Below, piece after piece: positions 10,911 through 24,874 of a DNA stretch of 64,000 nucleotides (the first letter of the stretch is position 1; every line of letters begins with the position of its first letter). The notes beneath the pieces are model-generated. The model made no database searches, was not told the DNA's origin, and saw only the letters and a list, made by a program, of their open reading frames with translations. A program made the translations under genes and the position numbers. This stretch comes from Rhizophagus irregularis. Lineage: Eukaryota. Location: positions 3,968,001-4,032,000 of the forward strand of contig NC_089433.1 of NCBI RefSeq assembly GCF_026210795.1, read 5' to 3'.

Positions 10911-13190
10911 CCATTCATTCACTTTTAAAATTTAGAAATAAAATCTTCTTACGTTTTGAAATGGAATGATCTTGAGAGGTAATCAGGTAGATATTCTCAA
11001 CTTTTTTAGTTGTTTCTCTTTTTGATGAATGGTATTAACTATTCTTTTTATATTTTTTTTTTTAAGAGCAAGTTTCTTTATCTTGCTTAAATGGATCTTG
11101 AGGTAAATGCTCTAAACTGTTAATTCTTTTATTTATTTCTTTCTTTATGGATAGTATTAATAATAAAATAAACAATTCCTTCTTTTTTTAGGCATATTTC
11201 TTCGGCTTTAACTTTAGATCAATAAAGTTTTTTTTTTGCTTAAACAATTGAATATTTGTATGTGAAATTTTATTTATTTTAAAATAAAAATTTAAAATTT
11301 GTCGTAATTTTATAATTTGATATGCACATTAATCACATGTTGATAATCAAATCTGATTGATAAATTGAAAAGATAAGATTATATTTTATAATCAATGGGA
11401 GAATTTTTGTTGTTTTCATTTAATCATGGATAGGATAATCTACAAAAACAAACTAAAAAAACTTTCAACATGTCAGAAAACAGAAGGAGGACAATTGGAA
11501 GACCAAAATCTAGTTGGATTTGGGAATTTTTTAATTCAGAAATTCGTGATGGTGATAAATGGGTGATATGCAAACTGGATAAAATTGGTACTGTAAGAAA
11601 GAGTATAAAATGTGTGGTTCAATTAAAAATTGTATTGATCATTTATTAAATAAATATGATCTTTGTAAAGATGGGCAAAAAATAATCAGGTAATAATTTA
11701 TTTTGTAATATACATATTGCAAAAGAATTAATTTTACTTATTGCAAAAGAATTTTTATTAAAAAAAATTTTTTTAGCAAATCTCTCAAACCACTACCAAT
11801 ACCAACAAGATGCACAATGAAACTCATCAATTTGAATTACGCCAATTTCTAGTGGATTTCGTTCTTAATACATCTCAATCCCTAAGAATAGTTAAATATG
11901 CATCTTTACGACAACTTCTTTAAGAGTTGGACTTTTATTTGCTATTCTAGACTCTAAAAGTATTAAAGAATGATTAATCTTGCTTATAATCATACTTTTG
12001 AAGCTATGATTAATTTATTACATCCAATTACTTCCATTTATCTTACTTTGGATTTATGAACTGCACGAAGCAATAATGGTTACCTTGGGATTACATGCTC
12101 TTTTCTTGATCAACAGTATAATCTTAAAGAAATGGCTCTTACTATTTCTCATGTTAGATACCCATATACTGCTGAAAATATTAACGATGCTATTGAAGAA
12201 ATTCTTGAAAAATGGGATTTAAGATCCAAGGTGTATTCTATAACAACAGATAATGGAAGTAATATTAAAAAATGTGTGAAAATATGGAAGGGATAGAATG
12301 GCATCCCTGTGCCTTACATACATTGCAATTGGTGATTGGGAAAGGACTGATACCAGTTAAACAATCGATCTCAAGAGTAAAACGATTAATCAACTTTTTT
12401 TCAAGATCCAAGCAATCTGAAAGATTGGAAGATATTCAGAAAAGTATAAATGAAAGTAGTGAGGTAATGAATTTTTAATTAAAATAATGATATAAAAATA
12501 TATTCTAATTCTGAACAACTATTCTTTTGATTTATATAATAGGAAATTTGAAAAACAGATAAATATTTACATACTATCCAAGATTGCGAGACGTGTTGGA
12601 ATAGTTCCTATCTTGCATGAAAGAGATTATTACTTCTTCGAAATGCAATTAATATTCTTAATGCAAAATTGACAAGCGAAACAGATAGCAACTTGAAGAA
12701 AGATTCTAAACAGCTAAAAGAAATAATGATAACTACTGAAGAGTAGAATTTATTGCAAAATTTAGTTGATGTATTGGAACAATTTGCAGAAGCAACTGAT
12801 TATTTAGGAGGCAGTATTTATTGTACATATAGTATTATGAATCTATTTATTGAGAAAATTAAAGAAGATTTATTAAATCCTTTCCTATCATCACTTTCTC
12901 TATCCTCTATACAATCTTCTCCACAATCTTTTTCGCAATCTGCTTTACAAGAAATACAAGAAACAGATGAAGATGTATTTATTGAAAAAAATATAGAGAT
13001 TGAAACTAATTTAAATCAACCTGTAAATATGTCTGGCTTGTTAAAGATGGTTAGGACAAAACTTTATGAAAATTTGTGTAAATATTGGAATTTTCAAGAT
13101 TCCAATGCTCTTTTAGCTTCTCTATTAGATCCACGTACAAAAAATCTTAAACATGTACCTACTCAAATTAAAATTAAAACAGAAGATTTA

Positions 13191-14667
13191 CAGACCCCGG
13201 CGAAAAGAATGGCGGTCAGTTTTTTTGATATCACTAATGCAATTTATAGTAAAATGTGAAATTTTTTTTTATTTTCTGAAAGAGGAACAGAAAATACATA
13301 TATTTCATTATTTAACTAATATTTGATATAATCATCTTCCGTGTTAATAAATGCTTCAATTTAGTATTGTGTACTATTCGCACTCTTAACTAGCGTGCTT
13401 TTATTATAATATTTTAGTATTTTCTTAACTTTCTCGCTATCCAGAGGTCAGATTGAGACAAAATTACCACCATTGGATTCCTTTTGACTATGTGGTTCGA
13501 ATGGTGGTTTTAAAATTTCTGTATAACATCTGTGCAATGCGATAGTTCAAGTATAATAGTGAGTATGATGGATTTTTATGTTGCATAAAGATAATCATTT
13601 CCAAAAGCAATATAAAAGCTCAATAATATAATAAAAGACCATTATTTAAATCTCGTAATTGCAAGGAATCTAATAGTTGCAATTTTATTTCAATATAAGC
13701 TTTGGTTGATGAGAAAATGAAGTTTAAACCTTTTTATTTCAAACTTTCAATTTTAATTTAAAATTTATTAGTAGTATTTCTCTGTAATGATGTAATATGA
13801 CAAAATACAATTATAACATTTTGCAGTTAAAAGTAGTAGTTTTTTTTAAAAAAAAAATAGAATTTATTATTATGTAGGATTTTGAGCATTTTAAAAAAAT
13901 TCATAGTAAATTATTATGCACTGATTTCTATTAAATTTATAACTTCTTTGTTTTTAGAAGGTAAAATAGGCGTTGTTACCCCTAGTCACGTGTAGAGTTA
14001 CAATTTACTACGCCAGAAGATCATGTGGAAAATTAGGATCTACTGTGCCCAACTGTGCCAAGCCGACTTAGCCGCAGCCTATTTAGCCTATTATTTTTAT
14101 TATATTTATTATATTAATTATATTTAATATAATCGATATAATTATTTTATTTATTATATTTAATTTATTTATTATATTTATTATATTAGTTATATTTCTT
14201 ATATTTATTATATCTATTATATTTATTATATCTTTATATGTAGTAACTTTTATATAAATAACGTTGGTATTTTCCTTCGTTATAAGGATAGTTCCTTCTG
14301 TTCGAATTAGTTAACCTTAGTTCCTATTAGTTCTTATTCTTGTAATTATAAAGTTCTATAATAAAGTATAACCTTTTACACTATAAACGAACTCCCTATT
14401 TTAAGCGTGTCTTGTTTGATTGGATTTCAGTCATAGTTAAACGTACTTAATCTCCCTGACTGCAAATCATAGTTAATCTATTCAACGTATCGAGTCGGTT
14501 AACAGCGTAAAAACAATAATAAATTTTCATTTTTTTTTATTGCTTTTTAAAATAGTATTCTAAAAATCCATTGGGCATTACAAGTTTTAATTTAAATAGA
14601 AAATTCCCGATCTCATATCCAAAATAACAAATGATATTCGCACCGCCATTCTTTTCGCCGGGGACTG
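13191..14667. mobile_element. Tc1/mariner-type non-autonomous element inserted in the hAT transposase
   Basis: 26-bp TIR CAG(A/T)CCCCGGCGAAAAGAATGGCGGT and TA TSD. Removal restores TEDL-LRSKV. Confidence 0.92.
13974..14504. mobile_element. Solo LTR (copy B), 531 bp
   Basis: TGTTA...TAACA termini and 4-bp TSD GCGT (13970-13973/14505-14508). Confidence 0.92.
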
Positions 14668-14879
14668 TATTGCGTAGTAAAGTTGAAGAATTAAAGCTAA
14701 AAGAAGTAGATAGTGAATTAGCATCTTCTGATTCTTCTAATTCAACATCAAAAAACTTGAAATATAAGAATTCAATTTTTTCTAGATTTCAAAAAGCTAA
14801 AACAAGAATTGTAAATGATGAACTTTTAGAATATTTGAGATTGGACGAAATTGACTGGGAGGAAAATCCTTTTGCTTGG

Positions 14880-15144
14880 CCCTATAAAAAAAGAATGTCC
14901 AGAAATTGTAGCTGAAAACGTCTGGAAAATGTTTATTTGTCTGGAATATGTCTAGAATATTGCAATATTTTGGACGCTGAAAAATTTCCATTTTCCAGAA
15001 AATATCCAGAAAATGTCTAGGAGGGTTCAGACCCAGCGTCCAGAAAGTGTCTGGAATATTGCAATTTTCTGGACATTTTCCGGACACACGGACATTTTCC
15101 GGATGTTTTTAGATACAATTTCTGGAAGTTTTTTTTTTACAGGG
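14880..15144. mobile_element. 265-bp MITE with CCC...GGG termini and 3-bp TSD (probably CMC/EnSpm type)
   Basis: TIR CCCTRTAAAAAAA...TCCAGAAATTGTA, TSD TGG and internal TCCAGA/TCTGGA repeats. Removal restores NPFAW-WECQ of the hATC domain. Confidence 0.9.
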
Positions 15145-15959
15145 TGGTGGGAATGTCAAGAAAAGCACTTTCACTATTTAAGTATATTAGCACGTAAATA
15201 TTTACCTATACCTGCATTATCAACTGCATCAGAAAGAATGTTTTCAGATGCCAGTAATATTATAGGACCAAAGAGAGTAAACATGAATCCTGAATTATTC
15301 AAAAAAATCATTTTTTTAAAGCATAACTCCAAAATGATACCTTCAATTCATCCGCCTAAACAGTAAACAATATTTTTTGGTGAACAATTTTATAGTTTTT
15401 AACATTAAATAATATTTTATTTTATAAAATTACTACGTAACACCAGTGGTGTTCAGCACCAGTATCATGTGTTTCTATTTGTTATTACGTCACTCATCAG
15501 ATTTATTAGTTTATTTTTTGTTTTTTTTACGCGATTTTATTTTTTTTGTAGTTGCTTCCTTTGCTTTCAGTAAGTTATACATATTTTTTAATGTTGTGTA
15601 TGTCTTTTTTCCTTTATTAATATTAACTATTCTCTCTTCTTTTTGTTCCACTTTGTCACTTCTGCTTCCATTTCGTTCTTCCACCTCCATTTCATTCCAC
15701 TTCATTACTTCTACTTCCATTTCGTTCCACTTCACCACTTCGTCACTATTTGTAAGTAGTTCTTTCTACATTTTAATGGCTTTAAAACTTTGGCACCAGT
15801 ATCCTTCACAGGTCAAATGATTAAAAATCGGCATGTGATCGGATATCAATCAGTTAATAATCAGACTATCCAATTAATGCCGATTATTTACCGATTAATG
15901 CTGATTATTCAAATTACTTTGAATCAGCGTGATTACCGATTGCTGTAAATTTATGGCAG

Positions 15960-16120
15960 AAATCGGCACAATTTCGTCATTAATCGGACACTTTTTAACC
16001 GGCACAATTTCATCATTAATCGGACACTTTTTAACCGGCAAGATTTCGTCATTAATCGGGCACTTTTTTTTAACCGGCAAGATTTCGTCATTAATCGGGC
16101 ACTTTTTTAACTGGCACAAT
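15960..16120. repeat. ~35-bp subterminal tandem repeat of CACTA copy 2
   Basis: About 4.5 units of GGCACAATTTCGTCATTAATCGGACACTTTTTAACC. Confidence 0.85.
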
Positions 16121-16325
16121 TTAGTCAATATTCGAGCAATTTAATTGAAAATAGGAAATAAACAGAACTCAATAATCAACAGCATAAATCGGTTATTATT
16201 AATACATTGATATATGAATTGATATTTAATTAATCTAAATGATACCGATTTTTATTTATTTTAATTTTAACAATCAATATGAGCTAAAATCTAACTTTTC
16301 TAATTTAACAAATCACATTAAGAAA

Positions 16326-17700
16326 TTAAATTTCATTGTCATTTAATTCGTTCGGTCTTGATGGTAATTCGTTGCCAAACTGACAGCCGCAGGCATCGTT
16401 AATGTGTGTTTTTAATATACCTTTATATTTGGTACAAGTCCATTTAGGAGCATTGCAGGGTTTCTCTTCTTCCTTGTCATAAAAATTTTCGTTATCATAA
16501 ACATATTTTCTCTTCTTAGGAACCTTCGACTTTTCAGAAATCTTCCGATCTATGTAATTTCGTAAAAACATACGACACTTAGCATAAGAAGAAAAAAATG
16601 GTTAGTATTTATGCTAATTGTTATTAATTTCAAGACATTACTTACAGTTGACGACCGCCATTTGAAATCTCTTATCACTATTTTTCTTTTTCCGGATGGA
16701 TTCTCTTCATCCGTTTCAGAAATTTCGGGGGAGTAATATGCACTATGATTAATGACTGGCTGCAGGTGTTCGTTATTGAATTTCCAAATTAGTGGATCGC
16801 CTACCCTTCGTAAGTGATTAATCATTTTTGCCCTATTTTTTTGTTTCTGTAAAAAAAAAGTGTATATAAAACAAACTAAATTACTACAGAATAAGACAGA
16901 AATTAATAATATTTACTGAATTTCTTTGGCTATTGGAGTGTCGTCTTCGATTTTACTTGTCTATGAATTCTGGTGATCTTTTTTTAAGTTTGTATTCTTC
17001 TCGTCGGTGTCGGTGTAATGAATGTATCATGCTGTATACAACTTTATTGGTGACTGGAAATATCGTTTTATTTAATGATTCCATAATTGCCGGTACAATA
17101 ATTTCATTCACATGGTCCGATTGTTGTTCAAACGTTTCATTAAGGTTAAGCTTATCTTCATCTGGGAACTGGCTTAATAGCCATTTCACTTCCAGCTAAA
17201 TTGCGAATAACAACATTAATTAACAATTTCAATAATAAATTAAACTTTCACTTACTCTCAAGGCCTCCCGAAGATCGTGTGGCATTTTGTCTTTTGAAAA
17301 ATAATATTTTGGAATAAAATTGGAATCGGAATCACTATCATCAGAAATCGAATCGGGATCGTCAGAAGTCGATTCGCTATCAGCATTACCAGATTCGTCA
17401 TCAGAGGTCTCAGAATTACCAGATTTGTTACCGGAAGCCGATTCTGAATCACTTGTTACATGGTAAGAAGTTCCCGCAACTTCATGTTCATAATTTTCCA
17501 ATTAAATCAGCATCAACGTATTACATGTATACGAGTTAGGAGTGTAAAGTAGTGTAAAGTGATACAAAGTAAAAAGGTCAAAAGACTTCTAATTAAACAT
17601 TAACCTGCTTGTCGGTTCTCTCTCCTACGTATTGATAATTGTTCTTCTGAGTCCGACGGACAAGAAGATGGGTGATAATATTCGTTTTTACGTCTCTCGT
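16326..17700 (-). pseudogene. Multi-exon accessory gene of CACTA copy 2
   Basis: Exon ORFs 17229-17501, 16953-17189, 16550-16825 and 16326-16571. Motifs HSLHRHRRE and YYSPEISETDEENPSGKRKIVIRDFKWRS are shared with the copy-1 accessory gene. One in-frame stop; start not located. Confidence 0.75.
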
Positions 17701-18160
17701 GTGCGCGTCTTCTTTTTATTAATAAATTTGTATTCAAATAAATATTCAAATAAATATTCAAATAAATATTCGAACGAAATAACGAAATATTCGCAAAACA
17801 ATAATTAAGAATATATTATTAATATTACGATTCTTCTGTGCTATATTTTTTGGACTTTGGTTGGCGGTTTTTGTCTGCACATGGATGACGTCCCTGAGTT
17901 ATCATAGCTCTTTCTTTTTTGTTGTGGTCTTTCCTAACCTTGTCGCCCATTTCGGCGGAAAAGACTTCAAAAGGTGGAGAGTGGAGAAGTGGAGACCAGC
18001 TAAAGTGAAAAAAAATTTCTTTTTATTTACGTGTTTATATTTATCGGTAGGGAGAGAGTATGTGACATCATTTAATTTATCCTAAATAGGTTATGCCACG
18101 TATACCATCAAATTGGGTAAATGCGCATTTTTTAATTTTTCAGTCACATTATATTTAAAG

Positions 18161-21100
18161 ATGCGAGAACAAACAACAGTTGGTCAATCTAAAAAAAACC
18201 AATTATCTATATCGGTAGCTTCAAAAACTACGAAAGTAAGACCACAAGTGCCATGCAACTGCAAAAAATGCAATGGTAAGTGGACTGAGTCGAGAACGAG
18301 AGAAAAACACTATGCAAAGGAGGAAAAGTTGCGGCTGGCAATGGAAGAACCTGATAAAAAGAAAAGGAAAGTTTCAGGATCGAATTCTGCAACTATTAAA
18401 AATCGTGATGGCAGGCATGCCAGGCTTCAATTTATTAACCCGGCAGAAGCTTGCCAACAATATAGTGATGAAGATTTTCTGCCAATTGATGATGAAACGC
18501 TTAAAAATCGTGATGCTAGGCATGCTAGGCATCAATTTATTAACCCGGCAGAAGTTGATCAACAATATAGTGATGAAGATTTTCTGCCAATTGATGATGA
18601 AACGCTATCAGATGATGATGAAGCATTAACTATGAAGCAATTTTCTGCTCCCGATTTTGATGATACTGTCGATACTTCTAATACACGCGTGAACTTTAGT
18701 GATACATGGATTTTACTTTGGATTTTTAAGTATCAAACAAGATTCCAGCTATCCGATTCGGCAATCGACGCGTTAATTAAATTTTTCAAGTTGGTTTTAT
18801 TGGAAATCGATAAAAATAGATTTGAAAATTTTCCTTCATCTGCCTATATGGCAAAAAAACTAATGGGATTTATTAAAAAATCAAATACTTATGCAGTATG
18901 TCCCCAATGTAATAAATTATTCAATCCAACAGAAGTCATTTCCAAAAGCTCAGCCGACTCCAGCACAAGATGCAACAATGTCGAGTTCCCAAATCATCCG
19001 ATAAAGAGTCAACGAAAATCTTGCAATACAGCCTTATTAAAAAAGGTACCAATATCTAAAGGATATATTTGGCGGCCGATAATGATTTACCCTCTACCAT
19101 GCTTAAAGACACAGCTAGTTGCATTGTATCAACGAGCAGGTTTTGAAGAGCTTTTACGAAAATGGACAAATCGGAGTGTTAATCAAGGATTAATGTTTGA
19201 TATTTATGATGGCGATATTTGGAAAACTTTTCCCTCACAACATGATATCCCAGATCCTTCGCCATTTTTTGCCCCAGAAACAGCAGATACTCATCTGGGA
19301 ATAATGTTAAACCTGGACTGATTCCAGCCATTTGATTCAAGAACTTATAGTTGTGGTGTGATTTATGGCGTCATCTGTAATCTTCCTCGTGATATTAGAT
19401 TCAAAAAGGAATACATGCTCACACTTGGTCTACTACCGGGACCCACAGAAGTTAAATTACACCATATAAACCATTACCTTGCCCCGATAGTTGATGTATT
19501 GCTAGAATTTTGGCATGGTTTTGACTTACCAGTGTCATCAAAACATCCAACAGGAAAGAGAATCAGATTAGCCGTCATTTGCTGTTCAAATGATATCCCT
19601 GCAGCGCAAAAATTGTGTAGCCACATATCGGCATTAGTTGGCTGCCATAGATGCTATAAATGCGCTGAAAGAAATGGTGATAACAAAAGGCCAAACTTCG
19701 GGGGATTTGATAATATAGGAGAATGGTTTAGAGAGCGAAGTGTAGATGAACATCGATGTAATGCTGAAGGTTGGCTGAGCTGCATATCCAATGAAGAAAG
19801 AAAACAACATGTTTCTGATACACATGTACGCTGGTCAGAAATGTTGAGGCTTCCTTATTTCAATCTGATTAGGCACCTAATTGTGGATCCGATGCACTGT
19901 CTTTTTCTCAGGATTACTCGTTGGATTGTGAAGTGACTATGGATTGAAAACGGAAAATTAACAAAATCTGACCTCGAATTAATCGAAAAACGGGCAAAAA
20001 GAATCAAAATACCCGCCGATTTAGGGAGAGTTCCTGATAATATAGCAACTGGAGATGGATTTTCCGCATTTACAGCCAATCAATGGAGATCCTTCATCAT
20101 GATTTATGCTACACCGATTCTTTGGGATCTTTTAGATGAATCTGATAGGAAAATTTTAGCAAATTTCGTTAGAGCGTGCTTCTTATTAGTATCACGCATT
20201 ATTGATAGAAATTCATTAAATGAAGCACATAGCCGGTTGTTAACTGTTGCTAAATTAATCGAAGAACATTACGGATCAGAATACATCACTCTGAACATTC
20301 ACCTTTCCCTTCATCTTACTGAATGCTGCCATGATTATGGTCCCTTGTATTCGTTCTGGTGTTTTTCGTTCGAAAGAATGAACGGTATTTTAGGTGAGTT
20401 TCTGAGGCTGATAAATTTTTTTTTACGACCATATTATTAAATGATAATGTTTGGTATTTAGGTTCGTATCCTAATTCACATCATCAAATTGAGTCAGAGC
20501 TCCTACGTATCATAATGCAAAATCAGAAACTTGATGATTTATTATCTGATCAATCGGATAATCTGAGACTCCAAGAAGGATTAAAGTTGTTACGCCCTTG
20601 GCCATCTGTCGGCAGCTTATCTGCATACGATGAATTTAATTTTGATGAAATGCACTGATTCATGAGAAGCTTTCGTCTTGATGTTGATGAAACAATTACT
20701 GGCAAGGAACCATTCCCCAGCGAAATAATGAAACTGACAAGATTAAAGGTTAATCTTCCTGAAGAAATTTGTGATCACTTGGTACAATATTACAAAGATG
20801 CGTATAATTTGGATTTTATATCATTTAACAAATATGTCTCAAGCAGACAAATAAAGCTGAGAAATTCAAACCAGCAGATTATTGTTCATCCTCGAGCTAA
20901 TCAGTTTGGTTGCGTCCGAATTGGTTCTGAAATTTTCGGATCAGTAATTTCACCTCAATATAAAAAGAATAGCTAATTTTATACAAGAAAATGAAATAGT
21001 TGAAGCATTCCCTGATCAAGTTCAGTTCTTCTTTGAGCATACAGTTGAACTTCCAGATGGCTACCATACGCATCGGTTAGCGTTCGTTAAGTGGTATTTA

Positions 21101-21325
21101 CCGGTAGAAGATCAACAAAAAAGATTTCAATGTCGGGTCAATAATGACAATAATAGTTGTAATATTGAGATATGGAAATATGATTTTTACAATATAGGTA
21201 GAGACAGTATTATACTGGTTCATAACATTTATGCCCGATTTATAACTAGTGATTTTACAATAGGTAAAAGGAACCCTATTAAATATATGGCAGTTATTCC
21301 AGTAAACAGACACTTTCATATTTAA
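18161..21325 (+). pseudogene. CACTA/EnSpm (Transposase_21-like) transposase with premature stops
   Basis: N-terminal CxCxxC, CPQC...C...C, DIYDGDIW, NLD*FQPF, ICNLPRDIRFK, LLPGP, DIPAAQKLC, RWSEMLRLPYF, VDPMHCLF and WCFSFERMNGILG. Intron ~20394-20461; TGA at 19319 and 19934; 105-bp internal duplication at ~18398-18607. Confidence 0.93.
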
Positions 21326-21749
21326 TTGCTACTACAAAAAGAAAACACTTTTGTCATATAACATTACAATAAAACTAATAATAAAGTAGAATTTAATAAA
21401 ATTTTATTAAATGCAATGCAATCCGATTGATTTTATATTGTCAATTTTATTAATTTTTAATAAATGCAGGAATTAATCTAATTTATATTTTAGCAAATTA
21501 AATTTAAGAACTTATAATTTTATATTATTACGGTATATTTATTATTTTATTACATTATATACAGTATATAAAAAGAAAAGTCACCACACCACCCGATGTC
21601 CAGGTGAACTTTTTCCAAATTTATCACTGCCACCGGCAACCCATGATAAATTTTTAAAAGAAAAAAAAAGATTTAAAAAATTATAAAAGAAAAAAAATTA
21701 TTTAAAAAATTATAAAAGAAAAAAATTATTTATAAAATAAATTGTTTAT

Positions 21750-22198
21750 GATTTCTTCTGGGGATAAAAAATCTTCATTATACGGTGGTACCTTTGAACC
21801 CTACTACAATTACCACTTAAGTGCCCTAGTTCCTAACAATGTATATAACGATCTACTCCTCGAAATTCAGGTTTAAGATTAGGGCAATTTTTCAAAGAAT
21901 GTCCATAATAATGACACACCCGGCAGCCTTCTTTGAAAGGATAATACAGAATCAACCAATTATTGTTTGTTTTTGAAATTTTAACATTTTTTGAAGAGTA
22001 TAATGTTATTGGGTTTGTTGGTGATGATGATGTTGACGTTGACGTTGATGGAAGAGACGATATAACTTTCAACATGTTGCTTAATGTCAACATGGACATG
22101 CTATGGAGCCTTTTTAGTTCATCGTAAGACATTCCTTCTTTACCAACGTTTATAATTTCAATCTCTTCCGTGGTATTTTCATTATTACAGTCATTCAT
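21750..22198 (-). pseudogene. Small CCHC zinc-knuckle protein inside CACTA copy 2
   Basis: CRVCHYYGHSLKNC fits C-x2-C-x4-H-x4-C. Read-through of the stop gives a second degenerate knuckle, YIHC*ELGHLSGNC. Confidence 0.65.
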
Positions 22199-23084
22199 CG
22201 TTATTAAAAATGAGAAATAAAGTGCGAGACATTTCTTACATCCTTACATCCTTTATATATAAAATGAAGTGTGAAATAAAGTGTGAGAAATAAAGTGTAT
22301 CAAAAAAAAAAAAAAAGTGTGAGAAATTTCTTACATCTTATATATATGATGCAATGCTACCCAGTATAGAAGTATACATTTTTGCTAATATGCTGGATAT
22401 GGTACAATAACATGATAGATAAGCCAGTAGATAAGCCTATATCGGTCATATCGGTCACAAGATGTGCTCAAATTATTGGTTATATCAGAATCTAATAGGA
22501 ATTTGTGAAACAGATCTCATTTCGCCACCAAAATGTGCTATTTGCTCAAAAATAGATTCAATTATAGTGAAATTTTTTAAATTGGTAATTTGTGTATCGA
22601 AATTCATAAAAGACGTAAACCTTGAGCTAAATAAATATTTATTATTCTATTAAAATTAAATCAATAAACGTGTTTTTTAAGCAGTTCAAGGAAAATTCTC
22701 GTGAATTTTTCTTAACAATCCTGATTCAATTTATTAATCGGTCTTTAAACTTTATTTCAATTATGCAAATAACTTATTTTATATATTTAACACATATAAT
22801 TAATTATTTTCTTAACATAAAAATGATAATCGCTAAATATATTTTGTATCAAGCGAAAATTATTTAAAAAATTACTTGTTTACTACCAAGTTTACTACTA
22901 CAAAAAAGCCAGAAAATAATGACAAAAATCGGTAATCGGAAGAAAAAAGCTATATCTAATCGAAAAAGAAAACTGATAAAATATTGCTGCAACCGATCAA
23001 ATCAAAATTTATAATCGTAATTAGTCTGTAATGTAGACAGCATATCATATAAGAGGAATTCTTGCGCATAGATTTCAATCGGTA

Positions 23085-24874
23085 AGGAACAAAGATAACG
23101 AGATCATATATAGTATTAGAAGTAAAAAGTCACGTCATAGGAAATACGATGAAATTGGAAAACATTTGATCGAATAAAGAACTACAAGATAGTAATAATG
23201 ATTATAATTCACCTTATTTAATTGATTGTAAAGGATGTGCGTTCAATATTAGAAGGAAGACAAATAAAGAAAAATGTATGATTTATATTGAGAAAGAAAC
23301 AGCTTTATTGATTAAGGGGAGGGTAGTGAAAGATAAGAATGATATAACATTAATGAAACCATACATGACGAGGGAAAATATATATGAGAAAAATGAAATG
23401 GTAGTTAAAGAAAATATTGGTGAATTTACAAGAAAAAAATTATAATAATATGAAAGTTTATAGTAATATAGAAGAATGTGTTAATAAAATATGGGTCAAG
23501 AAGAAATAGAAGGTTCTGTGAAAATTAAAGAATTTGTAACAGGGAAAATGAGACAAAGAGGTGATTTTACAGGTTGAAGGTATAATTCAGAAAGGATCTG
23601 ATCTGTGTCTAAATGGGTTTTTTGGAATAGAAGTGATTCCAAAGAATAATGAAGTCAATAAATTTAATTTTGAAGGAAAAATTAAATCATTAAAAATGAG
23701 AATAGTTGCATTAATAATGTTACCATGTAATATTATATTAGATTTAAGAACGGATATTAGGATAGTAGAGTGGTTATATAAATATAGTGAAACAGGTAGT
23801 ATGAGAAGAGAATTAGATGACGGGCTATTTAAATTTTGTTAACACAATATTGGAGCTCAAAAATATGGATTTGACGATGCAAGACTTGAAATTACCAGCC
23901 TTGAAAAAGGAATTAATTAAGTGTAAAGAAGTTATACCTGAAGTGAAAATAAATTTGAACAATTTGATAATTGATGAATATAGTCTACGTTGGAATCATA
24001 TACCGATCGAAGGAGGGTATAGATACTGGTTTAAAGAGCTTAGTAATAATATAACAAAAATAGATGTAATATTATTAGACTATGTCAAAGATTGTTTTAT
24101 TGAAGTAAATGGAGCGAACATTTTCATCGATTGGAAAGAAACTTTTAAATTGATAAATAATGAAATCATGATGTCAAAAATACAACGAATAGAAAGACGC
24201 GTCAATTAGATGCTGGCGCATTAAAAATTTTCTAAAAATATTACCGACATATGAAACACTTTGGAAAGAGAAGTATGGGGAATTCTAAACATGAAGTGTC
24301 CAAGATGCAAGATCGAAAAAGAAACGTGGGATCATGTTTGGTTGTGTTCCAAAAATGATACTAATACAGAATTTTATTTATTAAAAGAAAGTACCAGTGA
24401 AGTATTAACAAAGATAAGATTAGGAGTGGTTTCATTGACAAAATTTTAGAAGTGGCATCGACGAGGTCAAATATTATGGTTACGGAAGGTGTTATTAGAG
24501 AATTGACTAGAGGACTTATAAATGAGAAGTGGATGAATTGTTGTGCTAATAATATTAATGTGAGAAATTTGTGACGAATATTTGATAAGATTACAAAAAC
24601 AAATATGGACTGAAAGATGTAATGAGACAATTGAATTGGAAAAACAAATGGGAATCTTCAAGGATTTGAAAAGGAAAAAGAAAAGATCTAAAAATGGGAT
24701 AGACACAAGCGAGGTAGAATTAGAAAAATTAGAAAATAAAAAAAAAATAATAAAAAAATCAAAGATTTAATAAAAATAGATTTAGAAGAATTTTACGTGA
24801 TTAGTTTTAAAGTTTTGGTATGGAGAGATTTAATAAAATTAATAAAATACGTTTACCAAAAAAAAAAAAAAAAA
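23085..24874 (+). mobile_element. 5'-truncated non-LTR retrotransposon (LINE) fragment
   Basis: C-terminal zinc finger CPRCKIEKETWDHVWLC, LTRGLI and IWTERC; AATAAA then TTTACC + poly(A). 13-bp TSD ATTTCAATCGGTA (23072-23084/24875-24887). Confidence 0.92.

Larger units (their letters stand above)
9590..11226 (+). other. Array of ~8 short intron-like + 25-50-nt micro-exon-like units (candidate spliced non-coding or degenerate transcript)
   Basis: Repeated GTAGGY/GTAAA donors, TATTAAC/ACTAAC branch-like motifs and pyrimidine tract + AG, separated by mutually similar short segments (GAACAGCTTC...GATCTTGAG). AATAAA at 11221. Confidence 0.55.
11470..15366 (+). pseudogene. hAT-superfamily transposase (BED finger, DDE, hATC dimerisation domain), disrupted
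   Basis: SWIWEFF..C (BED), LTLDL*T, ITTDNGSNI, HPCALHTLQL, TCWNSSY, ASLLDPR and WWECQEKHFHYLSILARKYLPIPALSTASERMFS. Multiple stops, introns and two insertions. Confidence 0.92.

Noticed and set aside
10214..14504. Full-length LTR retrotransposon
   Set aside because: Each LTR has its own TSD and there is no gag/pol between them.
19319..19321. TGA = Trp recoding or read-through in the transposase
   Set aside because: Other Trp codons are TGG and there are further stops and frameshifts; simple decay is sufficient.
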